The notes beneath the pieces are model-generated. The model did no database searches, was not told where the DNA came from, and saw only the letters and a program-made list of their open reading frames with translations. Position numbers and translations under genes: made by a program. This document shows positions 38,010 through 48,117 of a stretch of 64,000 nucleotides of DNA, piece by piece. This DNA comes from an uncultured Bacilli bacterium (GTDB lineage Bacteria; Bacillota_I; Bacilli_A; RF39; UBA660): contig CAJTRV010000004.1 in assembly GCA_910578855.1 (NCBI GenBank), positions 5,551 through 69,550 of the forward strand, in the 5' to 3' direction. Within the stretch, counting starts at the first letter, position 1. Each line of letters starts with the position of its first letter.

Positions 38010-40637
38010 TTACATCATTTCTTTTACTTTGGCCTGTGCTGCCGCTAAACGAGCAACCGGAACACGGAATGGACTACAAGACACATATGTAAGGCCAATG
38101 TTATGGCAGAACTCGACGGTTGCTGGTTCTCCACCATGCTCTCCACAGATTCCCATTTTCATATTTGGTCTTGTTTCACGACCTTTTTCCACAGCCATTT
38201 TCACAAGCACTCCCACACCTGTTTGATCTAATTTAGCAAATGGATCAGCCTCGAAAATTCCTTTGGCATAATAATCTTCTAAGAATTTACCAGCATCATC
38301 ACGACTAAATCCATATGTTAGTTGTGTTAAATCATTGGTTCCAAAACTAAAGAACTCAGCCTGTTCGGCAATCTTATCAGCTAAAAGCGCTGCTCTTGGA
38401 ATCTCGATCATCGTTCCAACACTATAACGAAGTTTTACACCAGATTCAGCAATAATTGCATCGGCTGTTTTAGTGACAATATCTTTTACAAATTGCAATT
38501 CCTTTTCATCACCAATCAATGGGATCATAATCTCAGGTTCAACATTCATACCATCTTTATTAACATTGATGGCCGCTTCAATCACCGCTTGTGTCTGCAT
38601 TCTTGCAATTTCTGGATATGTTACAGCAAGCCTGCAACCACGATGTCCCATCATCGGATTAAATTCTTTTAATGATTCAACCCGCACCTTTAATGCTTCA
38701 AAAGTCATCCCAAGACTTTCAGCAAGTGGTTTTATCTCTTCATCTGTATGAGGCAAGAATTCGTGAAGTGGTGGGTCTAAGTAACGAATGGTAACACTAT
38801 ATCCATCCATTGCTCTAAATAAGCCTTCGAAATCGTCACGTTGATAAGGAAGAATTTTTTCTAAGGCTTCTTCACGTGCTTCTACTGTTTCTGCGGTAAT
38901 CATTCGGCGGAAATTAAAAATTCGCTCTTCTTCAAAAAACATATGCTCCGTTCGACAAAGTCCAATTCCCTCAGCACCATATTTACGAGCATTGATCGCA
39001 TCTTTTGGGGTATCCGCATTCGTTCTGACCTTTAATGTACGAATATCATCAGCCCAAGCCATAAACACTTCGAAATCCCCAACAATTTCTGGATCAACAG
39101 TTTCAATCTTTTCCCCATAAACATTACCAGTAGTTCCATCTAAACTAAACCAATCACCCTCATGGTACTCATGACCATCTTTGGTTCTAACAATTTTAGC
39201 TGTTTCATCGATTTGTAATTCACCACAGCCACATACACAGCAAGTTCCCATTCCTCGGGCAACCACAGCAGCATGACTGGTCATTCCCCCACGCGTTGTC
39301 AAAATACCATGGGCGAGGTTCATCCCTTCGATGTCTTCCGGTGATGTTTCTAATCGAACAAGAAGAATATCTTCAATCCCTTCTTTATGTGCCTTAATTA
39401 CATCAGGAGCTGTAAAATAAATATGTCCCGTAGCTGCTCCAGGAGAAGCTGCAAGTCCTTTGGCAATGACCGCCCCATTCTTCAACGATTCACTATCAAA
39501 ATTAGGATGAAGCAATTGATCTAATTGCTTTGGTTCTACTTTTAACAAAGCCTCTTCTTTGGTACACATTCCTTCATTGACTAAGTCAACCGCAATTTTT
39601 AATGCTGCTGGCGCTGTTCGTTTCCCATTTCGAGTTTGTAGCATAAATAGTTTTCCATCTTCAATCGTAAACTCCATATCTTGCATATCACGATAATGAT
39701 TTTCTAAAATACCACAGATTTTTACAAATTCGTTATAACAATCAGGCATAACCTCTTTTAACGTATCAATTGATTGTGGTGTTCGAATTCCGGCAACCAC
39801 ATCTTCTCCTTGGGCATTCATGAGGTATTCTCCGTATAACTTCTTTTCACCTGTCGCTGGATTACGTGTAAAAGCTACTCCGGTTCCTGAGGTTTCCCCA
39901 CGGTTACCATAAACCATCTCTTGGACGTTAACAGCTGTTCCCCAACTTCCTGGGATATCATTTAAACGGCGATAAGTAATTGCCCGGTCATTGTTCCAAC
40001 TACGGAATACTGCTTTGACCGATTCTAATAGTTGTACCTTAGGATCTTGAGGAAAATCAGTTCCTGCATGATTGCGATATTCATTTTTATAGATTTCCAC
40101 CACTTCTATTAAATCTTCAGCAGTTAAATCAGTATCAAACTCAACTCCCTTAGCTTCCTTGATACGATCAAACTGATGTTCAAATGAACTTTTAGGAAAT
40201 CCCATCACCACATCAGCAAACATCTGGATAAAACGACGATAACTATCATAAACAAACCGGGGATTATTGGTGATTTCGATAAATCCTTTGGCAACTTCAT
40301 CATTTAGTCCCAAGTTGAGAACCGTATCCATCATTCCTGGCATACTCGTTCTTGCCCCACTACGAACTGATACCAATAATGGATTCTTAGGATCGCCCAT
40401 TTTCTTACCCGTCATCACTTCGAGCGCCGAAAGCTGTTCAAAGATTTCCTTTTCAACTTCCTCGCTAATTCGTTTCCCATCTTCATAGTACTTGGTACAA
40501 GCTTCGGTCGTAACAGTAAATCCTTGAGGAACTGGTAGTCCTAATCCCGTCATTTCTGCAAGATTGGCGCCTTTTCCTCCTAACAAATTCTTCATTTCTT
40601 TATTTCCCTCTTTAAAGAGGTAAACGTACTTTGTCAT
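38010..40637 (-). CDS. ppdK: Pyruvate, phosphate dikinase
   Basis: 875 aa. GGKGANLAEM and the phosphohistidine motif GGMTSHAAVVARG are present, with a PEP-utilising C-terminal barrel containing GICGE. Confidence 0.92.
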   Translation of the reverse strand: MTKYVYLFKEGNKEMKNLLGGKGANLAEMTGLGLPVPQGFTVTTEACTKYYEDGKRISEEVEKEIFEQLSALEVMTGKKMGDPKNPLLVSVRSGARTSMPGMMDTVLNLGLNDEVAKGFIEITNNPRFVYDSYRRFIQMFADVVMGFPKSSFEHQFDRIKEAKGVEFDTDLTAEDLIEVVEIYKNEYRNHAGTDFPQDPKVQLLESVKAVFRSWNNDRAITYRRLNDIPGSWGTAVNVQEMVYGNRGETSGTGVAFTRNPATGEKKLYGEYLMNAQGEDVVAGIRTPQSIDTLKEVMPDCYNEFVKICGILENHYRDMQDMEFTIEDGKLFMLQTRNGKRTAPAALKIAVDLVNEGMCTKEEALLKVEPKQLDQLLHPNFDSESLKNGAVIAKGLAASPGAATGHIYFTAPDVIKAHKEGIEDILLVRLETSPEDIEGMNLAHGILTTRGGMTSHAAVVARGMGTCCVCGCGELQIDETAKIVRTKDGHEYHEGDWFSLDGTTGNVYGEKIETVDPEIVGDFEVFMAWADDIRTLKVRTNADTPKDAINARKYGAEGIGLCRTEHMFFEEERIFNFRRMITAETVEAREEALEKILPYQRDDFEGLFRAMDGYSVTIRYLDPPLHEFLPHTDEEIKPLAESLGMTFEALKVRVESLKEFNPMMGHRGCRLAVTYPEIARMQTQAVIEAAINVNKDGMNVEPEIMIPLIGDEKELQFVKDIVTKTADAIIAESGVKLRYSVGTMIEIPRAALLADKIAEQAEFFSFGTNDLTQLTYGFSRDDAGKFLEDYYAKGIFEADPFAKLDQTGVGVLVKMAVEKGRETRPNMKMGICGEHGGEPATVEFCHNIGLTYVSCSPFRVPVARLAAAQAKVKEMM

Positions 40638-40751
40638 AACTCTTCCTCCTTTATGTTATACATCCACATTATAACACATTTTATTTTGTTTGTAACAAAG
40701 TATGTAAAAACACAATGATTCGACAAAAAAAGAATGTCACTTGACAATCAT

Positions 40752-41648
40752 TCACTTCTCATGGGCCCGGGGATGGGTGTGGAGATAAACACTTCGAAGT
40801 CGTTCATTCGAAACATGGGTATAAATTTGGGTTGTACTTAAGTTTTCATGTCCCAATAATTCTTGAACACTCTTTAAATCCGCCCCATTATTTAAAAGAT
40901 GGGTGGCAAAGGTATGGCGCAGCGTATGGGGAGAAACATGGAGTTTTAATCCACTTTGCTTCAATAGTTTATTTATGATATAACGAACTCCGGCAGTCGA
41001 TAATTGATTCCCATCTTTATTTAAAAATAAATATGATGTCGGTTTCTGGTGAAGCAACTTCTTTCGACCATCTTGCAAGTATAATTCTAATAATTTAGCA
41101 CATTGACGACCATATAATACATAGCGTTCCTTGTTTCCTTTTCCGCAAATTTTAATATTCCGCTCAGTGTATTTAATGTGTTTTAACTGAATAGAAACCA
41201 GCTCACTAACCCGAATGCCGCTAGCATACAGTAATTCCAAAATTAAGGCATCACGCTGCCCAAATGGATCTTTCAAATCAGGAAGTCCTAAAATTGTCTC
41301 AATTTCTGTATCATTGAGATAATTTGGTAACTTTTTATCCTGTTTTGGATTACTAATCAAAGTCATAGGGTTAACCGTAATCTGCTCTTCCTGAAGCAAA
41401 TACTTAAAAAAAGAGCGTAGTGTACTAATATGTCTTGCAATCGTCTTTTTAGCATATTGTTTTTCATACATCATTTTTAGAAAAGAACGAATATCTTGAT
41501 ATGTCACTTGTGAAAACGAATGCATCTTCTGCTGCCTCAAAAATTCACTAAAATGACATAAATCTTCTTCGTAACTCAAAATGGTATCATCCGCATACTG
41601 TTTTTCAAATGTCAAATAATCTAAAAAAGCTTGTTTGTTTCTATCCAT
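40752..41648 (-). CDS. Tyrosine recombinase, XerC/XerD family
   Basis: 298 aa with ASGIRVSEL, HTLRHTFATHLL and LGHENLSTTQIYTHV, which supply the R-H-R-Y residues. Confidence 0.8.
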   Translation of the reverse strand: MDRNKQAFLDYLTFEKQYADDTILSYEEDLCHFSEFLRQQKMHSFSQVTYQDIRSFLKMMYEKQYAKKTIARHISTLRSFFKYLLQEEQITVNPMTLISNPKQDKKLPNYLNDTEIETILGLPDLKDPFGQRDALILELLYASGIRVSELVSIQLKHIKYTERNIKICGKGNKERYVLYGRQCAKLLELYLQDGRKKLLHQKPTSYLFLNKDGNQLSTAGVRYIINKLLKQSGLKLHVSPHTLRHTFATHLLNNGADLKSVQELLGHENLSTTQIYTHVSNERLRSVYLHTHPRAHEK

Positions 41649-41718
41649 ACTATCATCTCTATTTTTAGCATAACAAATTTTAAAAGAAAGAGCAAATAAA
41701 AATGACTATGAAAGTCAT

Positions 41719-42705
41719 TTAACGTCTTATTGTGCATCCATTATAATTATCTTGGGGACGATAGTATCCAGGTTGAGTCAAACGATCGATAAGATCAAAA
41801 ATCTCACCCGCAAGGTCAGCACGTTCTTGGCGTAAAACATCAAATTGCATCATCATCTCCAGCATTGCTTTTACCCTATCATAATCATTTCGTCTACGAA
41901 AAGGAATCTTTGAAAGATCAACCGTTCCATTAATAATTGATTGATAAAATTTCCAAACCACTTCATTTCCTTGATAACGAAGAGAATCAATATAACTCAA
42001 ATTTTCACTTCCGAAAGAAGCGGCCGTTATTTCATCAGGCTTTTCGCAATGATAAAGCCACCAATCGCGTTGTGTTACTTTTTGTTCCTTTAATTCCTTA
42101 AAATAATGACTTGCAGCTATATAGGTTCCGCGTAATACAGGATAAGAACTCATCAACTGAAAGACATTATAAATTGAGACGTGATTCCCATTATAGTGTT
42201 GTAATGCCTGTTTCATCTTAGTTCCAATATAAGGACCTTCCATCAAATGATTCCGGTAAGCTGCTTGATCGATATCATTCATAAATTGTTCTTTATAATG
42301 CAAAAACGAATCAGCAAGCATAGGGATTGTTTCATTCTTCGAATCCATACTTTCGAGAATTTCTTCCATCATATAATCATGATAAAGTGGCTCGATATCG
42401 ATTCGTTGCTTCTGTTTCTTTTTAAATAATTCAATCCGTACAAAAGCTTTGTACTGATCTTCAAATGGATCATATGATGTAAAATACTGATCAATAAAGT
42501 GTTCCATGCAATCGTACTTTAACAATTCACGATCAATATCACTAAGCCGATTCCCAATCTCTTCAGGACAAAATGTATAGATATGATCAAAACGGGTATA
42601 ATGATTGATCGTTAAATGAAATAAACTAGGATCTTTTGGCTTTATTTGATCTCCCATAGTTTCAACGATAAGAAAATACTGATTATTTCGTTTTCTTACT
42701 TTCAT
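41719..42705 (-). CDS. Hypothetical protein
   Basis: The start is moved to MKVRKRNNQYF (ATG 42705, SD gaggga). No motif is recognised. Confidence 0.45.
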   Translation of the reverse strand: MKVRKRNNQYFLIVETMGDQIKPKDPSLFHLTINHYTRFDHIYTFCPEEIGNRLSDIDRELLKYDCMEHFIDQYFTSYDPFEDQYKAFVRIELFKKKQKQRIDIEPLYHDYMMEEILESMDSKNETIPMLADSFLHYKEQFMNDIDQAAYRNHLMEGPYIGTKMKQALQHYNGNHVSIYNVFQLMSSYPVLRGTYIAASHYFKELKEQKVTQRDWWLYHCEKPDEITAASFGSENLSYIDSLRYQGNEVVWKFYQSIINGTVDLSKIPFRRRNDYDRVKAMLEMMMQFDVLRQERADLAGEIFDLIDRLTQPGYYRPQDNYNGCTIRR

Positions 42706-42792
42706 ACTATCCCTCACTTCTTTCATTATATCCAATCTTGGGCCAAACGTCAATTGCATCTTTATCCTTTTTCCTACAAAAAAAGGGAAAGC

Positions 42793-43212
42793 TTATTTCC
42801 CTTCGCTTTCCAAACGTGTTAACACTTCTTTGGTCGTTGTAATCGCTTTTTCCCGAATTGAGTTTGCTGTTTTTTCTAACACTGGTGTCCCTTTTTCTAC
42901 CGTATATTCAACCAATTCTTCCACAGCATCTTGAATTTGTTTTGCTTTTTTCTTGGCAATCTTAAGAACTTTCTCTTTGTCTAAGTCTTCTAGTTCTTCT
43001 TTGATCTCATACAACTTTTCTTCAAACTCTACTTTTACTTCTTCAACATCAATATCTTTAATTTTAAGAATCATATCATCGATCGCTTTTTTTAAATCTT
43101 CTCTTGTTTCACTTCCTTTTTTCGGTGCGAACAAAATTCCAAGTCCAGCCCCAAGTGCTGCTCCAGCTAAAAATTTTCCAAAACCACTATGCTTTTTACT
43201 CTTTTTACTCAT
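42793..43212 (-). CDS. YtxH-domain protein
   Basis: 139 aa with GKFLAGAALGAGLGILFAPKKGSETRE followed by a charged helix. Confidence 0.7.
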   Translation of the reverse strand: MSKKSKKHSGFGKFLAGAALGAGLGILFAPKKGSETREDLKKAIDDMILKIKDIDVEEVKVEFEEKLYEIKEELEDLDKEKVLKIAKKKAKQIQDAVEELVEYTVEKGTPVLEKTANSIREKAITTTKEVLTRLESEGK

Positions 43213-43492
43213 AATTGTTATCCTCTTTTCTTTTTCTATTCATGATACGACTCACGGTTCGTGTAATATATCCAACCGCCATATCACTTACCGATGCTAA
43301 AGCATCAGCAGTATGATCAACAATATCAAACACACCATTTAACTTACTCGCTTTTAAATTAACATCATCAATTAGCGTATCCACTCGATTCAACGTCTGA
43401 ATCAATCGGACACCTAATACAATCATGACAATTAATAATATGCTACCTAACATATAAAGTATGATTGGAAATAATTCATTTATACAGATCAT
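43205..43492 (-). CDS. DUF948-like membrane protein
   Basis: 95 aa with an N-terminal TM segment and a helical tail. Its stop overlaps the ytxH-like start. Confidence 0.55.
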   Translation of the reverse strand: MICINELFPIILYMLGSILLIVMIVLGVRLIQTLNRVDTLIDDVNLKASKLNGVFDIVDHTADALASVSDMAVGYITRTVSRIMNRKRKEDNNYE

Positions 43493-44292
43493 TATTCTTC
43501 ATCTCTCTTTTCATACATCGAATCAATCAAATGAAACAAATCATTTTCATCTAATTCTTGGTCTTCTACTTCTTGATTTAACGCTTCTTCAACCATATTA
43601 TCAGATTCGATCGCGTGGGCCATTGCTGGCGATTCTTCCACATTACCAATTGTAATATCATCCGTCTGATCAATCACTGGTTCGGTAAGATGATCGACAC
43701 TCATTTCCTCAAAAATATCATTTTCTAATGACTCTTCACCAAATTGATTTTCTAAGACAAGATCATCATCTTGCAAAGCAGATTCGGTATGCAAATTCAA
43801 ATCTATATCATCTTCTAGAGTGCCAAATGCCTTTTTTCGTACTTCATCTACCGTTAATTCTCTTGTTGTCTCATGGTAATAGGATGATACAAAATCTTCT
43901 CCTTTATTCACAATATCTTCTTTTTTATAATTTTTATCTAAAATACCATACACTGGAGAAATAATTGGCGAAGGCTCGAATACATGCTTTTCCCGACGGT
44001 CTTTTTGATGATACGTTGGCCGTTCCGTTCGCTTAGCAGGTACTTCCTCTTTCCGTTTTGGCTTTGGTTTTGGTTGTTCCAAATTGACAAAATCCTTGTC
44101 ATCAAAGAACACTGGTCCCGATGTTTTCATTTCTTCTAATGGGGCAATGACATGATCCACTTCAGGTACTCGTACAGTTTCCTTCTTCGGTACTGGGGCC
44201 TTAATCTCCACCTGCATCACTTCTTTTTTAACGGGTTCAATGATTTCCTCTTCCTCTGTGAATAAATTCTTCATTTTTTCCATAAATCCCAT
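43492..44292 (-). CDS. Hypothetical acidic protein
   Basis: 266 aa, E/D/K-rich and probably disordered. It is translationally coupled to both neighbours. Confidence 0.45.
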   Translation of the reverse strand: MGFMEKMKNLFTEEEEIIEPVKKEVMQVEIKAPVPKKETVRVPEVDHVIAPLEEMKTSGPVFFDDKDFVNLEQPKPKPKRKEEVPAKRTERPTYHQKDRREKHVFEPSPIISPVYGILDKNYKKEDIVNKGEDFVSSYYHETTRELTVDEVRKKAFGTLEDDIDLNLHTESALQDDDLVLENQFGEESLENDIFEEMSVDHLTEPVIDQTDDITIGNVEESPAMAHAIESDNMVEEALNQEVEDQELDENDLFHLIDSMYEKRDEE

Positions 44293-44293
44293 C

Positions 44294-44944
44294 TTATTTC
44301 ACCTCTTCGTTTTTCTTTGCTTCTGCTTCCAGGCGTTTTGCTTCTTCTTCATCATACTGTAAAAAATTGTTATCAGTATCCTTCTTAGTCGTGTCAAAAA
44401 TATCATATTTTTCCTCTTTATTGACAAAACTATTTTCATTCATCATAAGTTTAATTACATTATGATTAAATTTAACTGTTGACAAGATATAGGAAGCATT
44501 TAAGACTGTTTCGTTGATATCTTGTTTATCAACCAACGCTTCAATCTTAGAATAGTTATACATGAATTCAATGAGATATTTTCCATCCATCTCGTTAATC
44601 TCCAAATAGCCTGTCTTACCATTCATATTTAGCGCTCTAGAATAATAAGCATCCGGATTTTCTTGATAATTACTCTTGGCTTTATGATAATACCGAATTG
44701 CGTCAATATATAAATAATAATAAGTACCATTGGAATACAGCTTTTCATTTAATTCATTGGTATCAATATAAGTTACACCTCGTGGTACATAATACTTATA
44801 TCCCTTACCTACGCGATTATATAATGTATTGTTCTTCGATAATATTACATTGATAGTATTATCTATACTTGCTGTATCTATTCTCACAACAGTACATCCT
44901 GATAGAAAGACTACAGTAAGCATTATCCATATGAGTTTTTTCAT
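44294..44944 (-). CDS. Lipoprotein of unknown function
   Basis: 216 aa with a signal peptide and lipobox FLSGCTV. Confidence 0.55.
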   Translation of the reverse strand: MKKLIWIMLTVVFLSGCTVVRIDTASIDNTINVILSKNNTLYNRVGKGYKYYVPRGVTYIDTNELNEKLYSNGTYYYLYIDAIRYYHKAKSNYQENPDAYYSRALNMNGKTGYLEINEMDGKYLIEFMYNYSKIEALVDKQDINETVLNASYILSTVKFNHNVIKLMMNENSFVNKEEKYDIFDTTKKDTDNNFLQYDEEEAKRLEAEAKKNEEVK

Positions 44945-45023
44945 ATATCACCACTCTTTCTAAATTATATCAGATTTTAATGACTTGCAAAAGTCCTTTT
45001 GTTTTTTAGTGTATATCAAATGT

Positions 45024-45662
45024 CTAATCATGCTTTTTGGCAACTAGTTTATAGATTGGAAAACCTTGATTGGCAAACCTTTCTTCATATTCAGTTGGAA
45101 TATTATCCTTTACATTATCTTGATATAAATCGAGAGATAATTCCGTTAGTTGGTATCCATAATTAGCAATACTCATTATGGAATATGCAAATAAAGATCG
45201 ATTATCTGTTTTCATAACAATTTGTTTTTCTTGACAAAATAAGGAATCATATTTTTGAAGAAATAACGGACTACTTAATCGACGATTCTGATGCCGTTTC
45301 TTAGGCCATGGATCAGAAAAATTCAAATATACAGTCGTAATTTCATGATCAAATACCTCCATAATATGAAGCGCATCCATACGAATTAGTTTTAGATTTT
45401 GTAGTGGTTCTTCCACTTCCAACTTCTCAATCGCCCGAACAATCACACTATCAAATTTTTCAATTCCAATAAAATTGATCTCAGGATAACGTTTGGCATT
45501 TTCAATAATAAAATTTCCTTTTCCCATTCCAATTTCAACATGGATTGGATTATGATTTTGAAAGACTTGGTTCCAGGCTCCAAAATGGTCCTTAGGATCT
45601 AAGACCATATAGGGGGAGTTATAAATCTTCTCCTCTGCCCCTTTCACTTTTTTTAATCTCAT
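45024..45662 (-). CDS. trmB: tRNA (guanine46-N7)-methyltransferase
   Basis: 212 aa with motifs VEIGMGKGNF and NFSDPWPKKRH. Confidence 0.9.
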   Translation of the reverse strand: MRLKKVKGAEEKIYNSPYMVLDPKDHFGAWNQVFQNHNPIHVEIGMGKGNFIIENAKRYPEINFIGIEKFDSVIVRAIEKLEVEEPLQNLKLIRMDALHIMEVFDHEITTVYLNFSDPWPKKRHQNRRLSSPLFLQKYDSLFCQEKQIVMKTDNRSLFAYSIMSIANYGYQLTELSLDLYQDNVKDNIPTEYEERFANQGFPIYKLVAKKHD

Positions 45663-45757
45663 ATTATCACCACAGACATTATATCATATTTTTAAATTTG
45701 ACACCATTTTATTCTAGATGCATATAATGAATTAGAGAAATAAAAGGAGTGTGTAAT

Positions 45758-46126
45758 GTGAAGAAAGATAGAAACTGTGGTTGTCCTGGAAACATGGCAA
45801 TGCCCTATGGTGGTATGCCCGTAATGCCAGGTGCTCCAATGCCAGGAGGAATGCCAGGAGGAATGCCTGTATATCCAATGGGTCCAGGAATGGCATACCC
45901 AATGCCAAATGATATGAATACCATGCCAACACCTAGTACAGGAAGTACGATGAATTCTAATTCAGGCATCACGACCAACCAAGCTGTAACAGCCGTTGAA
46001 CAGTTACAAGCCCAGATCAATAATATTGATCGCCGAGTTAGTCGCTTAGAGTCAATGATTCAAGATACTAAATCAACATCATTCTCTAGTAACAAATATA
46101 CTGATTCAAATTATCATATGATGTAA
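45758..46126 (+). CDS. Pro/Gly/Met-repeat protein with C-terminal coiled coil
   Basis: The GTG start at 45758 lies 8 nt after SD aaggag; the track start at 45749 overlaps the SD. The sequence reads MKKDRNCGCPGNMAMPYGGMPVMPGAPMPGGMPGGMPVYPMGPGMAYPMP... and then AVEQLQAQINNIDRRVSRLESMI. Confidence 0.55.
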   Translation: MKKDRNCGCPGNMAMPYGGMPVMPGAPMPGGMPGGMPVYPMGPGMAYPMPNDMNTMPTPSTGSTMNSNSGITTNQAVTAVEQLQAQINNIDRRVSRLESMIQDTKSTSFSSNKYTDSNYHMM

Positions 46127-46133
46127 CAAAAAA

Positions 46134-46158
46134 CTTCACAAATCGTGAAGCTTTTTTT
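46134..46158. terminator. Bidirectional terminator between convergent genes
   Basis: The sequence is cttcac-aaatc-gtgaag followed by cttttttt, with an A-run upstream. Confidence 0.6.
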
Positions 46159-46162
46159 AGTA

Positions 46163-48073
46163 TTAGAAACGGCCACCACCACCGCCGCCACCGAAAGATC
46201 CACCACCACTAGAAAATCCTCCGCCAAATCCGCCACCAGATGAGTTGGACGACTGAGCAGCACTTTTGGTTGAAATCGCATTCGATACAGCCCGACTCAT
46301 TCCCTGATTAATTGCTCGGTTAAATGAAACCATAAAATAGAAATCATATGAACTATCTGGGTAAATCGAATGGTCACCAGAATAATATTCCTGAGCCTTG
46401 ATCTCCATCGTTTTCGCTAGCTTATTAGCACATCCTAGAACGACAGCATAAACAAGATATTTTTCCCATAGAACAATCTCTGGTAATTCTTTTTGACTAA
46501 AATTCCCAAAGTCTAATAAGAAATTTTTAAACGCTTTCCAGCGAACATATAATTCATTTCCTTGAATCGTTCGTTTTTGAAATGATAATAGATAGATTAT
46601 ACTACCAATTGTCAGTACCAAAATAGAGGCTATAACAATATTATTTACCTCTAAATTAACAAGCATAAAGACAAGAATAAATCCTAGTAAAGCATAGAAA
46701 ACAGTTCCTATTTTTTGACGCGTAAAATTGTAGAAAAAATTACGTTGTTCAGCCTCTTTTTTCACAATATTTTTCCAATCCTCATAGCCACTTAAAAAGG
46801 TATCATAGTTGCGTTTGGCATCCTTTTGCAATTCTGATAACAAGATACTTTCCTCTTTTGAAGCATCATGATGACTTTTCTGAAATAACCATCCTATCAA
46901 AATTCGATCAGTTGGTGATAACGTCTCATTGGCAATTTGATCTGGTTGATAAAGAAAACGATAGTCATCTTTTTTCTTTCCTTGAACTTTTTCAACCTTA
47001 ATTGCTTTCCGATAAACAAGATCTAAAATGGTTGCCGATAATGCCTTAGTTCCAATTTTTTGTTCCATCAAATATTCAATTGTTGACGGCGAATCCTCAC
47101 TCGGAAACTCTCGATAATACTTACCTGTAAAATTACCTCGATATTCTTTATCATACTTGAAATAAACCCAGATCACGATTGCGATCATTCCCAGTGACCA
47201 TAATCCACTAAGCATTAAAACTCCATAGTATTTTACCCGAGCTTGCTTACGAATTTGATTGGCTTCATCGGCCATTTTCTCCTCATACTTCAGAATCTTA
47301 TCTAAAGCTATCACATCTGTTTTTTTCGTACTTTCTTTAATCACTTCTTGATCAAAAGCGAGCCGAACATCAAAGGCAGTATTTGCTGATAAATGATCGA
47401 TGGTCACTTTGACTGTTTCAGAATCAATTATTTCACTCTTTCCATTCAATGGACCATGCGCCCAAATTCGCATCAAAGTTTTATTATCCGGAAGATGAAC
47501 CATTAGTTCAAAATAACCAACTGATTCTTTTAATTCGTCACTAAAAATATTCCAACCAATTTCTGCCATATCCTGATGTAGAATGGCTGCATTTTTGACA
47601 ATATATTCTAAATAAAATGATTTGTTTCGCTCACTTGGATTATAAATTCGGTACCGATAACCATTTGCTTTACTTATTGTTGTGTAATCCCCATAATCAC
47701 TTCCAATATTGGTAGCAGTAAAGACTTCGATATCACGATCTGTAAGTGTTTCTAAACGTTTCCCACGATCAACTGCCCCTACTCTTACTAGTACAATATC
47801 ATCAGCATTATGAATGTCACTCCCACCATAATAATTTTGATTTGCGTCAAAAGATGAAGCAAGGGAGTTCTTATAATTAATAATACGATCATACCCATTA
47901 TAATCCCCATTCACGGTAAATAATTCCTTTATGAGAATATCCCCGTTAGCCTGTACAGTTGCATCCATATAATAATGCTTAATGCCATCATCACTTGCCA
48001 TTACATAATCAGGCGCAACATTCAATGCCAAAACAAAGAAAAATGCAATGATAAGACTTTTTATTTTTTTCAC
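46163..48073 (-). CDS. DUF2207-family membrane protein with Gly-rich C-terminus
   Basis: 636 aa with a signal peptide, a large external domain and TM segments. The tail is SSGGGFGGGFSSGGGSFGGGGGGGRF. It is adjacent to lemA, which is the usual pairing. Confidence 0.7.
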   Translation of the reverse strand: MKKIKSLIIAFFFVLALNVAPDYVMASDDGIKHYYMDATVQANGDILIKELFTVNGDYNGYDRIINYKNSLASSFDANQNYYGGSDIHNADDIVLVRVGAVDRGKRLETLTDRDIEVFTATNIGSDYGDYTTISKANGYRYRIYNPSERNKSFYLEYIVKNAAILHQDMAEIGWNIFSDELKESVGYFELMVHLPDNKTLMRIWAHGPLNGKSEIIDSETVKVTIDHLSANTAFDVRLAFDQEVIKESTKKTDVIALDKILKYEEKMADEANQIRKQARVKYYGVLMLSGLWSLGMIAIVIWVYFKYDKEYRGNFTGKYYREFPSEDSPSTIEYLMEQKIGTKALSATILDLVYRKAIKVEKVQGKKKDDYRFLYQPDQIANETLSPTDRILIGWLFQKSHHDASKEESILLSELQKDAKRNYDTFLSGYEDWKNIVKKEAEQRNFFYNFTRQKIGTVFYALLGFILVFMLVNLEVNNIVIASILVLTIGSIIYLLSFQKRTIQGNELYVRWKAFKNFLLDFGNFSQKELPEIVLWEKYLVYAVVLGCANKLAKTMEIKAQEYYSGDHSIYPDSSYDFYFMVSFNRAINQGMSRAVSNAISTKSAAQSSNSSGGGFGGGFSSGGGSFGGGGGGGRF

Positions 48074-48092
48074 TCTAACACTCCTTCATTAT

Positions 48093-48117
48093 AAAAAAGG
48101 GCTTACTTTGTAAGCCT
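48093..48117 (-). terminator. Hairpin plus T-run between lemA and the DUF2207 gene
   Basis: On minus the sequence reads ggcttac-aaa-gtaagcc followed by cttttttat. It overlaps the lemA stop codon. Confidence 0.5.

Noticed and set aside
40752-41648. The Xer-family tyrosine recombinase as the integrase of the cassette array or of the tRNA islet.
   Set aside because: It lies about 14 kb from either structure among housekeeping genes (ppdK, trmB), with typical XerC/XerD motifs and length. It is more likely the chromosome-dimer resolvase, but a trans role cannot be excluded from sequence alone.
45732-46020. Minus-strand ORFs 45732-45932 and 45805-46020.
   Set aside because: They are antisense to the Pro/Gly/Met repeat. 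GC-rich repetitive codons keep the opposite strand open, and there is no SD.
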